Shown here in pieces: positions 56,501 to 64,000 of a stretch of DNA of 64,000 nt (positions are counted from its first letter, which is position 1; each line of letters begins with the position of its first letter). The notes under the pieces are model-generated. The model made no database searches and had not been told where the DNA came from. It worked only from the letters and a program-made list of their open reading frames with translations. A program made the position numbers and the translations under genes. The DNA is taken from positions 1 to 64,000 of the IMG/VR virus record IMGVR_UViG_3300045911_000130. One strand, given 5' to 3'. The stretch is from a virus.

Positions 56501-57099
56501 GGAAAATGCAGGTTTCTAATAATGGGGGTGCCTTTGAAGATATTGTGATCGGACCGGTCATTAAAAGCATTAACGGCCTGACCAATTCGGCTATCAGCAT
56601 TGTTCAGGGAGACGGTATCATTGTCAGCAATTCTCCGCCCGGCACAATCTCCATCGCAAACAACGGCGTATTATCTTTCAATGGTTCTGTCGGCCCAATT
56701 TCGTTAGCGTCGGCTGGACTTCCAAATGGGATAGTTATAAGTCCGGTTGGACCATCTAGTTTTGTAATATCGTTGCCTCAGCCTCTTGGGACGACCGCTG
56801 GGCCTCAATTCGATACACTCCTGCTTGTGAATCAATCCCAATCCATACAGGCGTTTGGTAGTATCGTAATCCTTCCATTTGACCCAAATGTAGGGTATTT
56901 TATGGGAGGCACCAAAGTCATCGACAACGCAGGAAGATTTGTTGGTAGCGCGATTCTGACGCCGGGGCAGGCGCAGGCCGGCTCGTTCGTAGCTCCTCAA
57001 TACTTCAGCAGTGCATCCGGTACGCCGATTCCGGGAAGAACAGGCAACATTGTTATAAGTGGAACGACTATTACTTGTTCCGGCGGCTTGATTATATGA
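53545..57099 (+). CDS. Tailspike/tail fibre with beta-helix domain
   Basis: VSVLDFGAVGDD..DST.AFQNAL, VP.GTY, GN-ladder repeats, GGPDQAIQFNNSG.F.G. Confidence 0.8.
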   Translation: MAKNTISDLTISDLQDPTLFRLNSVLRFLAQQVTAVQTGSGPYRFVDRITAPAMFLDTDAIPTDPLAVLTKGAADKLYSPEALGAALSTGRFEGQPIGGGGVGGGSGTGGGSGSTTQVQVSYGVFYANSIQRQLNQKLGDQVSVLDFGAVGDDTTDSTMAFQNALDAVQAAGRSTEILVPAGTYRLRQVKINPNTPPVRFVGQGEGSVLKFWTRYNTASETWDVPAGEGRIFIQSSNVAFKDLVLDGNQTVPVQFSYDAIPNRDMLSNVVTDRSMIWVKPTSGNPVSGINLSGVIMRHVLGHGLILDTSSAAIRDVCVVNVRWEQTRSGLFGVTTVSAVVNRTGASVARVSGGVFVGGMAGQYVVIGSRAYRVQSVVDGNTLTLANDEAGNPPFGSETGVSFWWGSDMQYGGPMACVYYRGNGQAQGDPMLSNLVIVGNTFRRFNGECVKGDALGIEALHSGISISGNVFWEIGYGTACPGFSDGVTVSGNGGRRIGYVTTSDAAAAIPKYLANNNASVMRTYGLVRSFSVTCNSFLNFNGNGIWLSGASNGSCTGNALAIANPGTSLFNEDSVGGYGTVGNNLSTGIYVDNYFQEQGADRVVVAANSITNTGLGGILLRNARRCAIKTNSISLNSTALEIPIFITNFKGIVGGALQTYAQWQASSNHRSYDNDICDNVLYMENGVKVGIQEVTLNDPTTNNPFLWQSTDVNRIFDNRMLGTNRGEFIKAAQSGSYVGASWSSPDPAATGISRLDLIRDGFASTARTTWRVNESGTVSEIMRLLDAKPQLQIGADTAAKGMVLTGNRSGLQFNDLVGTGKVYLDGFLWVRADTYSAAEADSLDDTQGLIAWDAANKKLVASETTNSGARVWQNLLGQDTDPGGPDQAIQFNNSGSFAGSANLLFDSATRLVSLLGTMHIVADAANNADIVLIVRAAAGQTGNLQEWRDGNGNSLVAIAPNGGLYFRTAALVPAGGVGVIGYNTATGKMQVSNNGGAFEDIVIGPVIKSINGLTNSAISIVQGDGIIVSNSPPGTISIANNGVLSFNGSVGPISLASAGLPNGIVISPVGPSSFVISLPQPLGTTAGPQFDTLLLVNQSQSIQAFGSIVILPFDPNVGYFMGGTKVIDNAGRFVGSAILTPGQAQAGSFVAPQYFSSASGTPIPGRTGNIVISGTTITCSGGLII

Positions 57100-57422
57100 A
57101 ACTACAACTATTCATGAACACGCGAATATCCTTGCATTACATGCTGAGGATGGCAAGCGGAACGCTCGCAGAAATGTTAGTTTTGGGGGACATCAATAAT
57201 AAGATTGCTCCATCCAAGGAAGAGATATCGCAGTACAGCGCGATCACGAACGACGGTCGAATAGTTATCAAGAATTCCGCCAAAGAATGCGAGCCTCTGA
57301 TTGTCGAATTGGCCGCAGAGGAAGGCAGGCGATTGGTTAAATTTTTGCAGAACTATCCAACTTACAGCATGGAGGATGCCGTATGGGCAAACGAAATAAT
57401 TCGATTACTCGACCGCCAGTAA
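57096..57422 (+). CDS. Hypothetical protein (possible fibre chaperone)
   Basis: ATGA coupling to the tailspike. Confidence 0.55.
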   Translation: MKLQLFMNTRISLHYMLRMASGTLAEMLVLGDINNKIAPSKEEISQYSAITNDGRIVIKNSAKECEPLIVELAAEEGRRLVKFLQNYPTYSMEDAVWANEIIRLLDRQ

Positions 57423-58057
57423 TTCAATACGAACGGATGAGCAAGGATGAATTTGCTTATGCGTATCGTTACAACGATCTGTATTGTGTTGGTTGCATAC
57501 CGGATAATGTTGCCCAATATCTTGCTGACAACTTTCATGCGCAGATGGCCGAAAAGCTTTATCCGGCAACGCAAGATTGGGCTGATTGGGTAAAGCAGCG
57601 AACGGCCGATTCATTGATGCGTCCGGCGGTGATGTTTGTGATAAATGGGGCGGATGGGAAAGCCGAAATAGCCGGTGCATCCTGGATCGAAGATTCCAGA
57701 ATGATCTCGGATGACAAGTGGGCTGGAGAAATGGCGTTTGCAATTCTACCTGGCTACCGCGAGTATTCATTCTTGTTCGCACGCATGGCGATTGAATGGG
57801 CGTTTCGGGAAACGATTGGCTTGAGCACGCTGTATTCGTTCATCCACGTCGATAATCGCCGGAGCGTGTGGTTTGCGGGTCAACTCGGCTTTGAAGTGAG
57901 CGCACCGATGCCCGGCTTCTTTGGGCGGCGTGGCAGCAGCCATCGGGGTCATTTGGTGAGTCTCACGCAGAGACATTGGAATCGGCTTGGGACCATTGAA
58001 GAGAAAGTGGAACAAGTTGCAGATATGGTGCAGAATGTAAAAGTGGCAGGTGAATAA
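57383..58057 (+). CDS. GNAT-fold acetyltransferase-like protein
   Basis: AILPGYR, EWAF, DNRRS..FA..LGF. Confidence 0.75.
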   Translation: MGKRNNSITRPPVIQYERMSKDEFAYAYRYNDLYCVGCIPDNVAQYLADNFHAQMAEKLYPATQDWADWVKQRTADSLMRPAVMFVINGADGKAEIAGASWIEDSRMISDDKWAGEMAFAILPGYREYSFLFARMAIEWAFRETIGLSTLYSFIHVDNRRSVWFAGQLGFEVSAPMPGFFGRRGSSHRGHLVSLTQRHWNRLGTIEEKVEQVADMVQNVKVAGE

Positions 58058-58617
58058 TGAGCGGCAAGAGCAATCGTCAAAAGCAACTCGAACAGCAACA
58101 AGACAAAACAACGTCGGACCTTTTGAGCATTGCGAAAACCCAGCAAACACAGGGCACACAAGAACTGGCTCAGCGCAACGAACTTCGCCAGCCGTTCATC
58201 GATCAGCAAAAGGCGCTCGCCAGTGGTAACATGAACGCCATCCGAACCGCCGCTTCGCCAGTGTTCGGCCAAATCGAAGCCGAAGCTCAGGCGCAGGCCA
58301 ACCAAGTTCGCAATACGCTTACGGGCGCGAGTCGCGACTTTGCACTGGCCGAAGTCAATCGTGGCAAGACGAGTTCCATTTACGATTTCATTCGCAAAGC
58401 GTATCTTCAGGCTCCTGCTAACTTGGCGGCCTTGGGGACTGAAAATGCTGGAGTTGGACAGGGTTTGTTACAAGGCGCAACCGGCGCGTTGTCCGGCGGC
58501 ATAAATGCGATGAGCAATCAGCAGCAATTAGAGGCGCAACGCCGCGCTCAATCGCTTGGTTTGGTTAGCAACTTATTCAACTTTGCCGGAATGGCGGCAG
58601 GAGGGTTTGGTAAATAA
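58057..58617 (+). CDS. Putative ejection/pilot protein
   Basis: Gln/Gly/Ala-rich with hydrophobic C-terminus; TAATG coupling. Confidence 0.65.
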   Translation: MSGKSNRQKQLEQQQDKTTSDLLSIAKTQQTQGTQELAQRNELRQPFIDQQKALASGNMNAIRTAASPVFGQIEAEAQAQANQVRNTLTGASRDFALAEVNRGKTSSIYDFIRKAYLQAPANLAALGTENAGVGQGLLQGATGALSGGINAMSNQQQLEAQRRAQSLGLVSNLFNFAGMAAGGFGK

Positions 58618-60806
58618 TGGGAAACATGTTCACACCCCCACGCAGCCAAGATATTCTTGGCCCTTTTGCATCGCCGTATGAACAGCCTACCGTTCAACGC
58701 CTTCAACCGACCGGCAATGAAGGCGAAGGGACGGCCCTGGGGATGTTTGCTACGTCATTTCTGGAGGGATTCCGGCAGTCCAAATTGCAAAAGATGCAGC
58801 AGCAGGAAAACGCACTGATCCGCAATGTCAAACTGGCGGAAGCGGACCTGAATGCCATCATGGCAGACGAGAACATTGCTCCCGAAGCGAAGGAGCAAGC
58901 TCGTCGCGCTTATCAGCAGTACATCGGCAATGCGCTTGCGACAAACACAGCTAAAGGCGCAAAGAAGAATCCCATTGTGGGATTTATCAATCAATTTGCT
59001 CAGGGCCTCACTGGCGGCCAAGTACAAGACAAGGCCGCGCAGAGCGATCCGAATGAATTTTTCCGGCTAACTTCAGAGCTTCGTACAAATCCCGAATACA
59101 GCATCAAGAATCGTCGCGAAATGGCGCGTAAGCAACTTGGCGATGCTTACAGCCAGATCATGAAGATGGGCGAGGCGGGCCCCTACACCACGCTCAACGA
59201 TGCGCTGCAAGACGCAAATTTCCGGCAAGCCTACGAGGCCGCGCAAAATGCCGGGCTCGATCCCACGCAAGACGCTCGATTGGTGTTCGCCGGGCAGCCT
59301 CGCACGACAGAAGAGCAAATTCTTCGGCTTCGCGCCATCGACAACTTCAAGCAGATGCGCCAGTCTCAGCAGCAGGCCGAGCAGCAAGCGCAGCAGCAGC
59401 AATTCCAGCAGGGGATGGCGCAGTTGGACCCAGTATCTGCTTCGGCGACTATGATCGGGGCTGGACCCATGATTGCCGCTGCGCGGGCGGCTACGCAACC
59501 GCCTCCGACTCCGCCAAGCATGGCAGCGACTACTCCACCGTCTCCGGCAGCCGGACAGCTGTTTCGTTCCGGTGGCGTAACACTTCGACCGCTGGCGGCT
59601 CCGCAGCCCACCAAACAACAGCTTGAGCAGGCGAAAATGACGGGCCGCTCAACGTTTGAAACCTTCTATGACCCGACTACCAAGCAGCCGGTTACGCTCA
59701 TGGTGGTGCAAGACAAACTGGGCCAGTGGGACGGCATCTACGACCCGCAGTCCGGGCAGCGTGTTGATCCGTCCAATCTCAGCAAGGACGTGCCTAAGGG
59801 CGGCGGTCCCCCCGACCCGGAAGATATCGCGTCCAACAAGCAACTTGTGCGAACCATTTTGCAGGGGGCTCGTGACGCAGGCGTCATTAAGCAATTGGAT
59901 GCCGACCGCTTGCTGGGGACGGCGGACTCGCAGATTGATCGCGGGCAATTCGACAAGGCTCTTGGGTTTATCAATCAATTCATCTCGATGCAAGAGGCCG
60001 CCGCAAGCCGGAAGGCCGACCGTGAAAGCGCAGCATCGAACGCCAACGCCATGCGTCAATTTGGACAGCAGATGCAGAGGCTCAATTTTGGCCTTAGCCT
60101 AGACAAGGCGTTCGATTCTTCGCCAACGGGCAAAGGCTTCATTGCGGTTGCCGATTCGCTCGGGCGGGCGAAAAATATGATTGAAATGGCGCTAACGAAT
60201 CCTAGCCAATATGATACGGCTCAAGTCCATTCGGCCATTTTGACAGCGTTTGCCAAAATGCAAGACCCTAACTCGGTTGTTCGTCCATCGGAATTCGATG
60301 AAGCAGCAAAGACTCTAGGCTACGTCAACTATAACTTTAACCGTCTGAAAGGGGAGCTTGCGGGGCGTGGGAATACGCGCATGACCCCTCAGGATATGCA
60401 GAAGTTTTTGCATGTTATGGAAGTCGCCGCCAAGATCGGTTATAAGAACGCCGAGAAGAAAGCCGAATCCTACGTCAAGATGGGCCAAGCCGCTGGTTTG
60501 CCTACTACACTGGACAGTTTCCCGGCCATTCAAGTTTTCCGTGAGCAGTTCCCTGAAGTTGTGCAGCAGGTTGAGGCGGAACGTCGCGTCAAATCCGCAA
60601 CGCCGCCGTCGAGGCCAAACCCGCGCCCGGCTCCAGCAAACAACGCAACTCCGCCAATAGATCCGAATTCGCCTCAGGCCAAGCAGCGCGTCAATCCTTG
60701 GGTGATTCGCGTTCCGCAGCCCACCCCTGACGGTGCAGGCGCGGCTCCGGCTCAACCCACGGCTCCAGCGCCCGCTCAGCCTGGGAGACAGTTGAGGGCC
60801 TTCTAA
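58617..60806 (+). CDS. Putative internal virion/ejection protein
   Basis: FAKMQDPNSVVR.SE motif typical of podovirus ejection proteins (recall). Confidence 0.7.
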   Translation: MGNMFTPPRSQDILGPFASPYEQPTVQRLQPTGNEGEGTALGMFATSFLEGFRQSKLQKMQQQENALIRNVKLAEADLNAIMADENIAPEAKEQARRAYQQYIGNALATNTAKGAKKNPIVGFINQFAQGLTGGQVQDKAAQSDPNEFFRLTSELRTNPEYSIKNRREMARKQLGDAYSQIMKMGEAGPYTTLNDALQDANFRQAYEAAQNAGLDPTQDARLVFAGQPRTTEEQILRLRAIDNFKQMRQSQQQAEQQAQQQQFQQGMAQLDPVSASATMIGAGPMIAAARAATQPPPTPPSMAATTPPSPAAGQLFRSGGVTLRPLAAPQPTKQQLEQAKMTGRSTFETFYDPTTKQPVTLMVVQDKLGQWDGIYDPQSGQRVDPSNLSKDVPKGGGPPDPEDIASNKQLVRTILQGARDAGVIKQLDADRLLGTADSQIDRGQFDKALGFINQFISMQEAAASRKADRESAASNANAMRQFGQQMQRLNFGLSLDKAFDSSPTGKGFIAVADSLGRAKNMIEMALTNPSQYDTAQVHSAILTAFAKMQDPNSVVRPSEFDEAAKTLGYVNYNFNRLKGELAGRGNTRMTPQDMQKFLHVMEVAAKIGYKNAEKKAESYVKMGQAAGLPTTLDSFPAIQVFREQFPEVVQQVEAERRVKSATPPSRPNPRPAPANNATPPIDPNSPQAKQRVNPWVIRVPQPTPDGAGAAPAQPTAPAPAQPGRQLRAF

Positions 60807-62683
60807 TGCCCAAAGTCAAAAGCCTCACGACTGGCAATGTATTGACTGAATTTGAAGCGGCAAAGAAGTTCCGCGAATCTCCAGATTTGCCGGATACTTA
60901 CAAGGCGATGTCGAACGCCAATATGCTGCGTGCGATTACTAGGGATTATGGCGACCAATATGAGATGGTCCCAGATGATCCTCCGGCGCGGCAGACGAAT
61001 CCGGCGGCATTTACGCGGGAAAGTATTGGTCAAGACATTGCCGAAGGCGGCTGGGGCTATCTTCGAGCGCCCGCCAAACTTGGCGCAAACATCGTTTCCA
61101 GTGTGGGCAATCAGGTGTATCAGGTCGTAAGCGCACTGCCCGATCTTGCCAAATTGCCCATCGACAAGAGCCAAGCCCGGATGCGGCATCAATTCCTTAC
61201 GCAAACGCGCCAAGGTTTGGACCGCAACGATCCGAACTATCAAGCTGTTTTAGCCGAAGAGGCGCAAGCTCGCAAGGATGCGGCGTTCCCGACCATCGGC
61301 GAAATTTGGGATGCACTCTCCGCTGACTACAAGCAAAGATACGGTAGCCTGGATGGCTTCAGCCGGGCAATCATCGAAGATCCAGCCTCTGTGGCGGCAG
61401 ACATCGCGACTGTAGCGACCGGCGTGGGCGCGGCAGCCCGAGGCGTGCAATTGGCATCGAAGGGCGCTGCTGGAATGAAAGCGGCGCAAGTCGCAACTCA
61501 GGCCAACCGTATGGCAAGCGCCGTTGATCCGTTCAATGCCGTAGCGGCGGCGGGGAAGTCAGTGATTCCGTTTCGCAAAGACATAGCGCGTGCTGCGTAC
61601 AAAACGGCGCTTGACGTTGGATTCCGCGATCCTAGCCGACTCGCTTCGGTGGCCGATACCGGCCTGGAGCACGGCATTGTCGTCGCCAAACAGGATGAAA
61701 GCACGAAGATGAATCCGTTGCGCAGGCTGGTAGGAGATGCTGAAGTGGTTCCGAGCCGGGCACGCGCCGAAGGGCGAATCAAAGAACTCACTAAGCAAGT
61801 TGACGACATCGTGGCGAACGCTCAACAGGGCGGCGCGTCTATCAATACGCAAGATATGGTTAATCGCATCGAAAACGAGCTTGTATCTATGCGTAGAACA
61901 ATGTCTGGGAGGCAGCAAAGTGATGTTATTTTCAAAAATATCGATAGGTGGCTAGAGGATAACAATCTTGTTGGCAGGGATGCGGCTGGAAATGTTGTTC
62001 GGGATGCTCAAGGCAGGCCCTTGCAGTATCTTCCTATGTCGCCAGAGCAAGCACTTGATTTGCGCAGGGCATTGACGGCTGATTTACAGCAGCCCTTGAA
62101 TCGCGTGGCGCAGAGCAGCCCGATGTCTCCATATGAGATTCGTAGTACGCTTCGCGGCGACGAAATGGCCCGCCGCGAACTTGTAGGAGAATTGAATAAG
62201 ATCGATCCGTCTTTGGCTGAAATCGGCATGGAGCAGCGCGATCTTATCGACATCATGAATTCCATCGATACGCTGCGTGGCAAGAAGTCGGGCGTCGTAG
62301 ACTCGCGTGACGTGTATGCCGCTCGTGGTGCGGTTAGTGGTGCCAACACGGTCTACAACACGATCACACTGGCAACACGTCTATTACAGCTTCCTGGGGT
62401 GCTTAGCACGCTGGCGATTAAGCTGCATCAACGTGGGATTAAGCCAAATACGCGCTTGCAGAATATCGTCCGGCAGGCTGGCTTTAACTTGGCGCGATTT
62501 AATCAGGCGGCGGAGACGGGTGAAGCAAAGAACCTGGAAGCACTGGAATCCGGGCAAACTTTGCCTGCCGGTAAAGTCAAAATCGACCTTCTGAAAGCCC
62601 GCGAAAATCCGTATGGGGCAGTTACTCAAGTGCCTCCTACGCAAGCGCCTCCAGAAAAACCAGAGAGGAATCCGTATCGGTAA
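60806..62683 (+). CDS. Putative internal virion/ejection protein
   Basis: DYKQRYGS....AIIEDP...AD pattern; TAATG coupling. Confidence 0.65.
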   Translation: MPKVKSLTTGNVLTEFEAAKKFRESPDLPDTYKAMSNANMLRAITRDYGDQYEMVPDDPPARQTNPAAFTRESIGQDIAEGGWGYLRAPAKLGANIVSSVGNQVYQVVSALPDLAKLPIDKSQARMRHQFLTQTRQGLDRNDPNYQAVLAEEAQARKDAAFPTIGEIWDALSADYKQRYGSLDGFSRAIIEDPASVAADIATVATGVGAAARGVQLASKGAAGMKAAQVATQANRMASAVDPFNAVAAAGKSVIPFRKDIARAAYKTALDVGFRDPSRLASVADTGLEHGIVVAKQDESTKMNPLRRLVGDAEVVPSRARAEGRIKELTKQVDDIVANAQQGGASINTQDMVNRIENELVSMRRTMSGRQQSDVIFKNIDRWLEDNNLVGRDAAGNVVRDAQGRPLQYLPMSPEQALDLRRALTADLQQPLNRVAQSSPMSPYEIRSTLRGDEMARRELVGELNKIDPSLAEIGMEQRDLIDIMNSIDTLRGKKSGVVDSRDVYAARGAVSGANTVYNTITLATRLLQLPGVLSTLAIKLHQRGIKPNTRLQNIVRQAGFNLARFNQAAETGEAKNLEALESGQTLPAGKVKIDLLKARENPYGAVTQVPPTQAPPEKPERNPYR

Positions 62684-64000
62684 TGGCTGACACTACTGCA
62701 CTGATAAAGGGAACGCCTCTCGATGATACAGGCAAAGCAACCTTATACGATAAGTTCTATGCGTCTAAAAGTTCGCAGGAATTGACATCGTATCTGGATA
62801 GCACGCCTCTGCCCAAAGAGGTTAAGGCACAGCTATGGGATCAATGGAATACGGAAGTCAAGCCGTATTATGCCAAGCAGTCTGCCGGTGGTGCGGCTCC
62901 TGTAGCTCCAGTAAATCCGCCTGAAAAGCCGGGCGTATTGTCTTCATTGGCGCGTGGCGCGGTGTCCGGTGTCGTTCAGGGCACGATGGGCACTATTGGC
63001 GGTCTTGCGCAACTTGCGGGCGATGTTACCGGCATCGAAGGCTTGCAGAAGCTTGGGCAAGAATATACCGGAACGGCGGAAACCCTGGGGCGTGAAATCT
63101 ACGGCCAGCAGGGGGAAAACCGCGTCGGCGGATTTGCCCAGCGTGGCGCGGAAGTGTTCACCGATCCTTCCTGGTGGGCTCAGACCGCCGGGGAAGGCAT
63201 GGGCAACTTGCTGACTATGATCGCCTCCGGTGGCGTCACAAAAGCCGCTATCGATCAGGCCATCAAGCGCGGTTTGGTGACAGGGACCGCCGCCAAATTC
63301 GCTCAGAGCAATGCGCCTGCCATCGTTGCCGGTGGCGTGGGCGGCGTGCAGGCGGCGGCCAACACGTATGCGCAAGCCAAGGCGTCTGGTGCCGATGATG
63401 CAACGGCGCTTAAGGCCGCCGGGATGGACTTTGTGCAGAATGCCGCTTTGGGTGCAGCCGGGGCGAAAATGGGCATGTTCGGCGGCGGATCGCGTGGAGC
63501 CACGGTTGCTCGTACCGCTGTGGCGGAGCCCGCTACCAACGTGGCGCAGGCTGGCTTGTCCAATTTGATTGCACAGCAGACGTTCGACCCAAATCGCAGC
63601 CTTCAGGAAGGCGTGGTCGAAGGTGTCGTCCAAGGCGCGGCGGCGGCTGTGCCTGGAGGGGTGGCGGGATCGAAGATTCAAGCCCGCAGGCCGCAGGCGG
63701 ACGCAATAGTCCAAGAGCTTGCGCCAATTGTCCAGAACGCGGCGACGATGGATGTCGCGGCGGCTGAAGGTGTCATTGCCAAGGCAATCGACACGCTCGA
63801 TACACTCGTTCCGGGAACGCCGGAATATCAGGCCGTGGTCGATGCCGCGACTCAGGCTGAGACGGCGCTGACCCAACGTGTCCAGACTGAAACCCGCCGG
63901 GCGGATCAAGACCGGCTGAAGCAAAGCCTGCAAGCTCGACAGGCGCTTCGCAATGCGAAAGTACCCGATGCGCCGCCGGAGCGACCTTCGACCGCATTGG
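62683..64000 (+). CDS. Putative large ejection protein, 3'-truncated (absent from the ORF track)
   Basis: ATG 62683 overlaps the upstream stop; translation MADTTALIKG...DPSWWAQTAGEG... appears open to the window end. Confidence 0.7.
   Translation, partial: MADTTALIKGTPLDDTGKATLYDKFYASKSSQELTSYLDSTPLPKEVKAQLWDQWNTEVKPYYAKQSAGGAAPVAPVNPPEKPGVLSSLARGAVSGVVQGTMGTIGGLAQLAGDVTGIEGLQKLGQEYTGTAETLGREIYGQQGENRVGGFAQRGAEVFTDPSWWAQTAGEGMGNLLTMIASGGVTKAAIDQAIKRGLVTGTAAKFAQSNAPAIVAGGVGGVQAAANTYAQAKASGADDATALKAAGMDFVQNAALGAAGAKMGMFGGGSRGATVARTAVAEPATNVAQAGLSNLIAQQTFDPNRSLQEGVVEGVVQGAAAAVPGGVAGSKIQARRPQADAIVQELAPIVQNAATMDVAAAEGVIAKAIDTLDTLVPGTPEYQAVVDAATQAETALTQRVQTETRRADQDRLKQSLQARQALRNAKVPDAPPERPSTAL

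Noticed and set aside
57383-58057. GNAT gene inside the virion module as a novelty
   Set aside because: GNAT-like genes between tail and ejection genes are common in podovirus-type genomes
62944-63933. 329-aa minus-strand ORF and similar long antisense ORFs (e.g. 26226-27359, 19579-20286)
   Set aside because: Shadows of GC-rich real genes on the opposite strand
1-64000. Genome-wide UGA reassignment (genetic code 4/25) as the explanation for the TGA at 4502
   Set aside because: Many genes end in TGA with ATGA/GTGA overlaps and long ORFs are intact in code 11

Overview
This window is a 64-kb piece of a tailed dsDNA phage (or prophage) genome. The gene order suggests a short-tailed virion: head-tail adaptors, a nozzle-like protein and ejection proteins are present, with no tape measure. 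Nearly all genes are on the + strand. 1-25.5 kb is an early/accessory region of small ORFs: HAD phosphatases, ASCH, P22 gp17-like, Lar-like, DUF900-like hydrolase, DUF1643, AAA+ ATPase, SSB and Zn-finger proteins. It is interrupted by a complete IS200/IS605 element (19101-21490). 25.5-33 kb holds fibre/spike-like genes, several with export signals. 33-64 kb is the morphogenesis module: intein-containing TerL, portal, scaffold, MCP, decoration paralogues, adaptors, a giant nozzle-like protein, tailspike, GNAT and ejection proteins. Best leads: (1) an ORF missed by the ORF track (4355-4648) with an in-frame UGA followed by a bacterial SECIS-like hairpin, a candidate phage-encoded selenoprotein; (2) a GIY-YIG/NUMOD3 endonuclease gene that appears inserted into the first codons of tnpB, giving a TnpA + GIY-YIG + TnpB element; (3) a repeated GCTAY-N6-GTAGC palindrome at early promoters; (4) fibre/spike-like proteins with signal peptides. 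Family assignments come from motif recognition and recall, not database searches.
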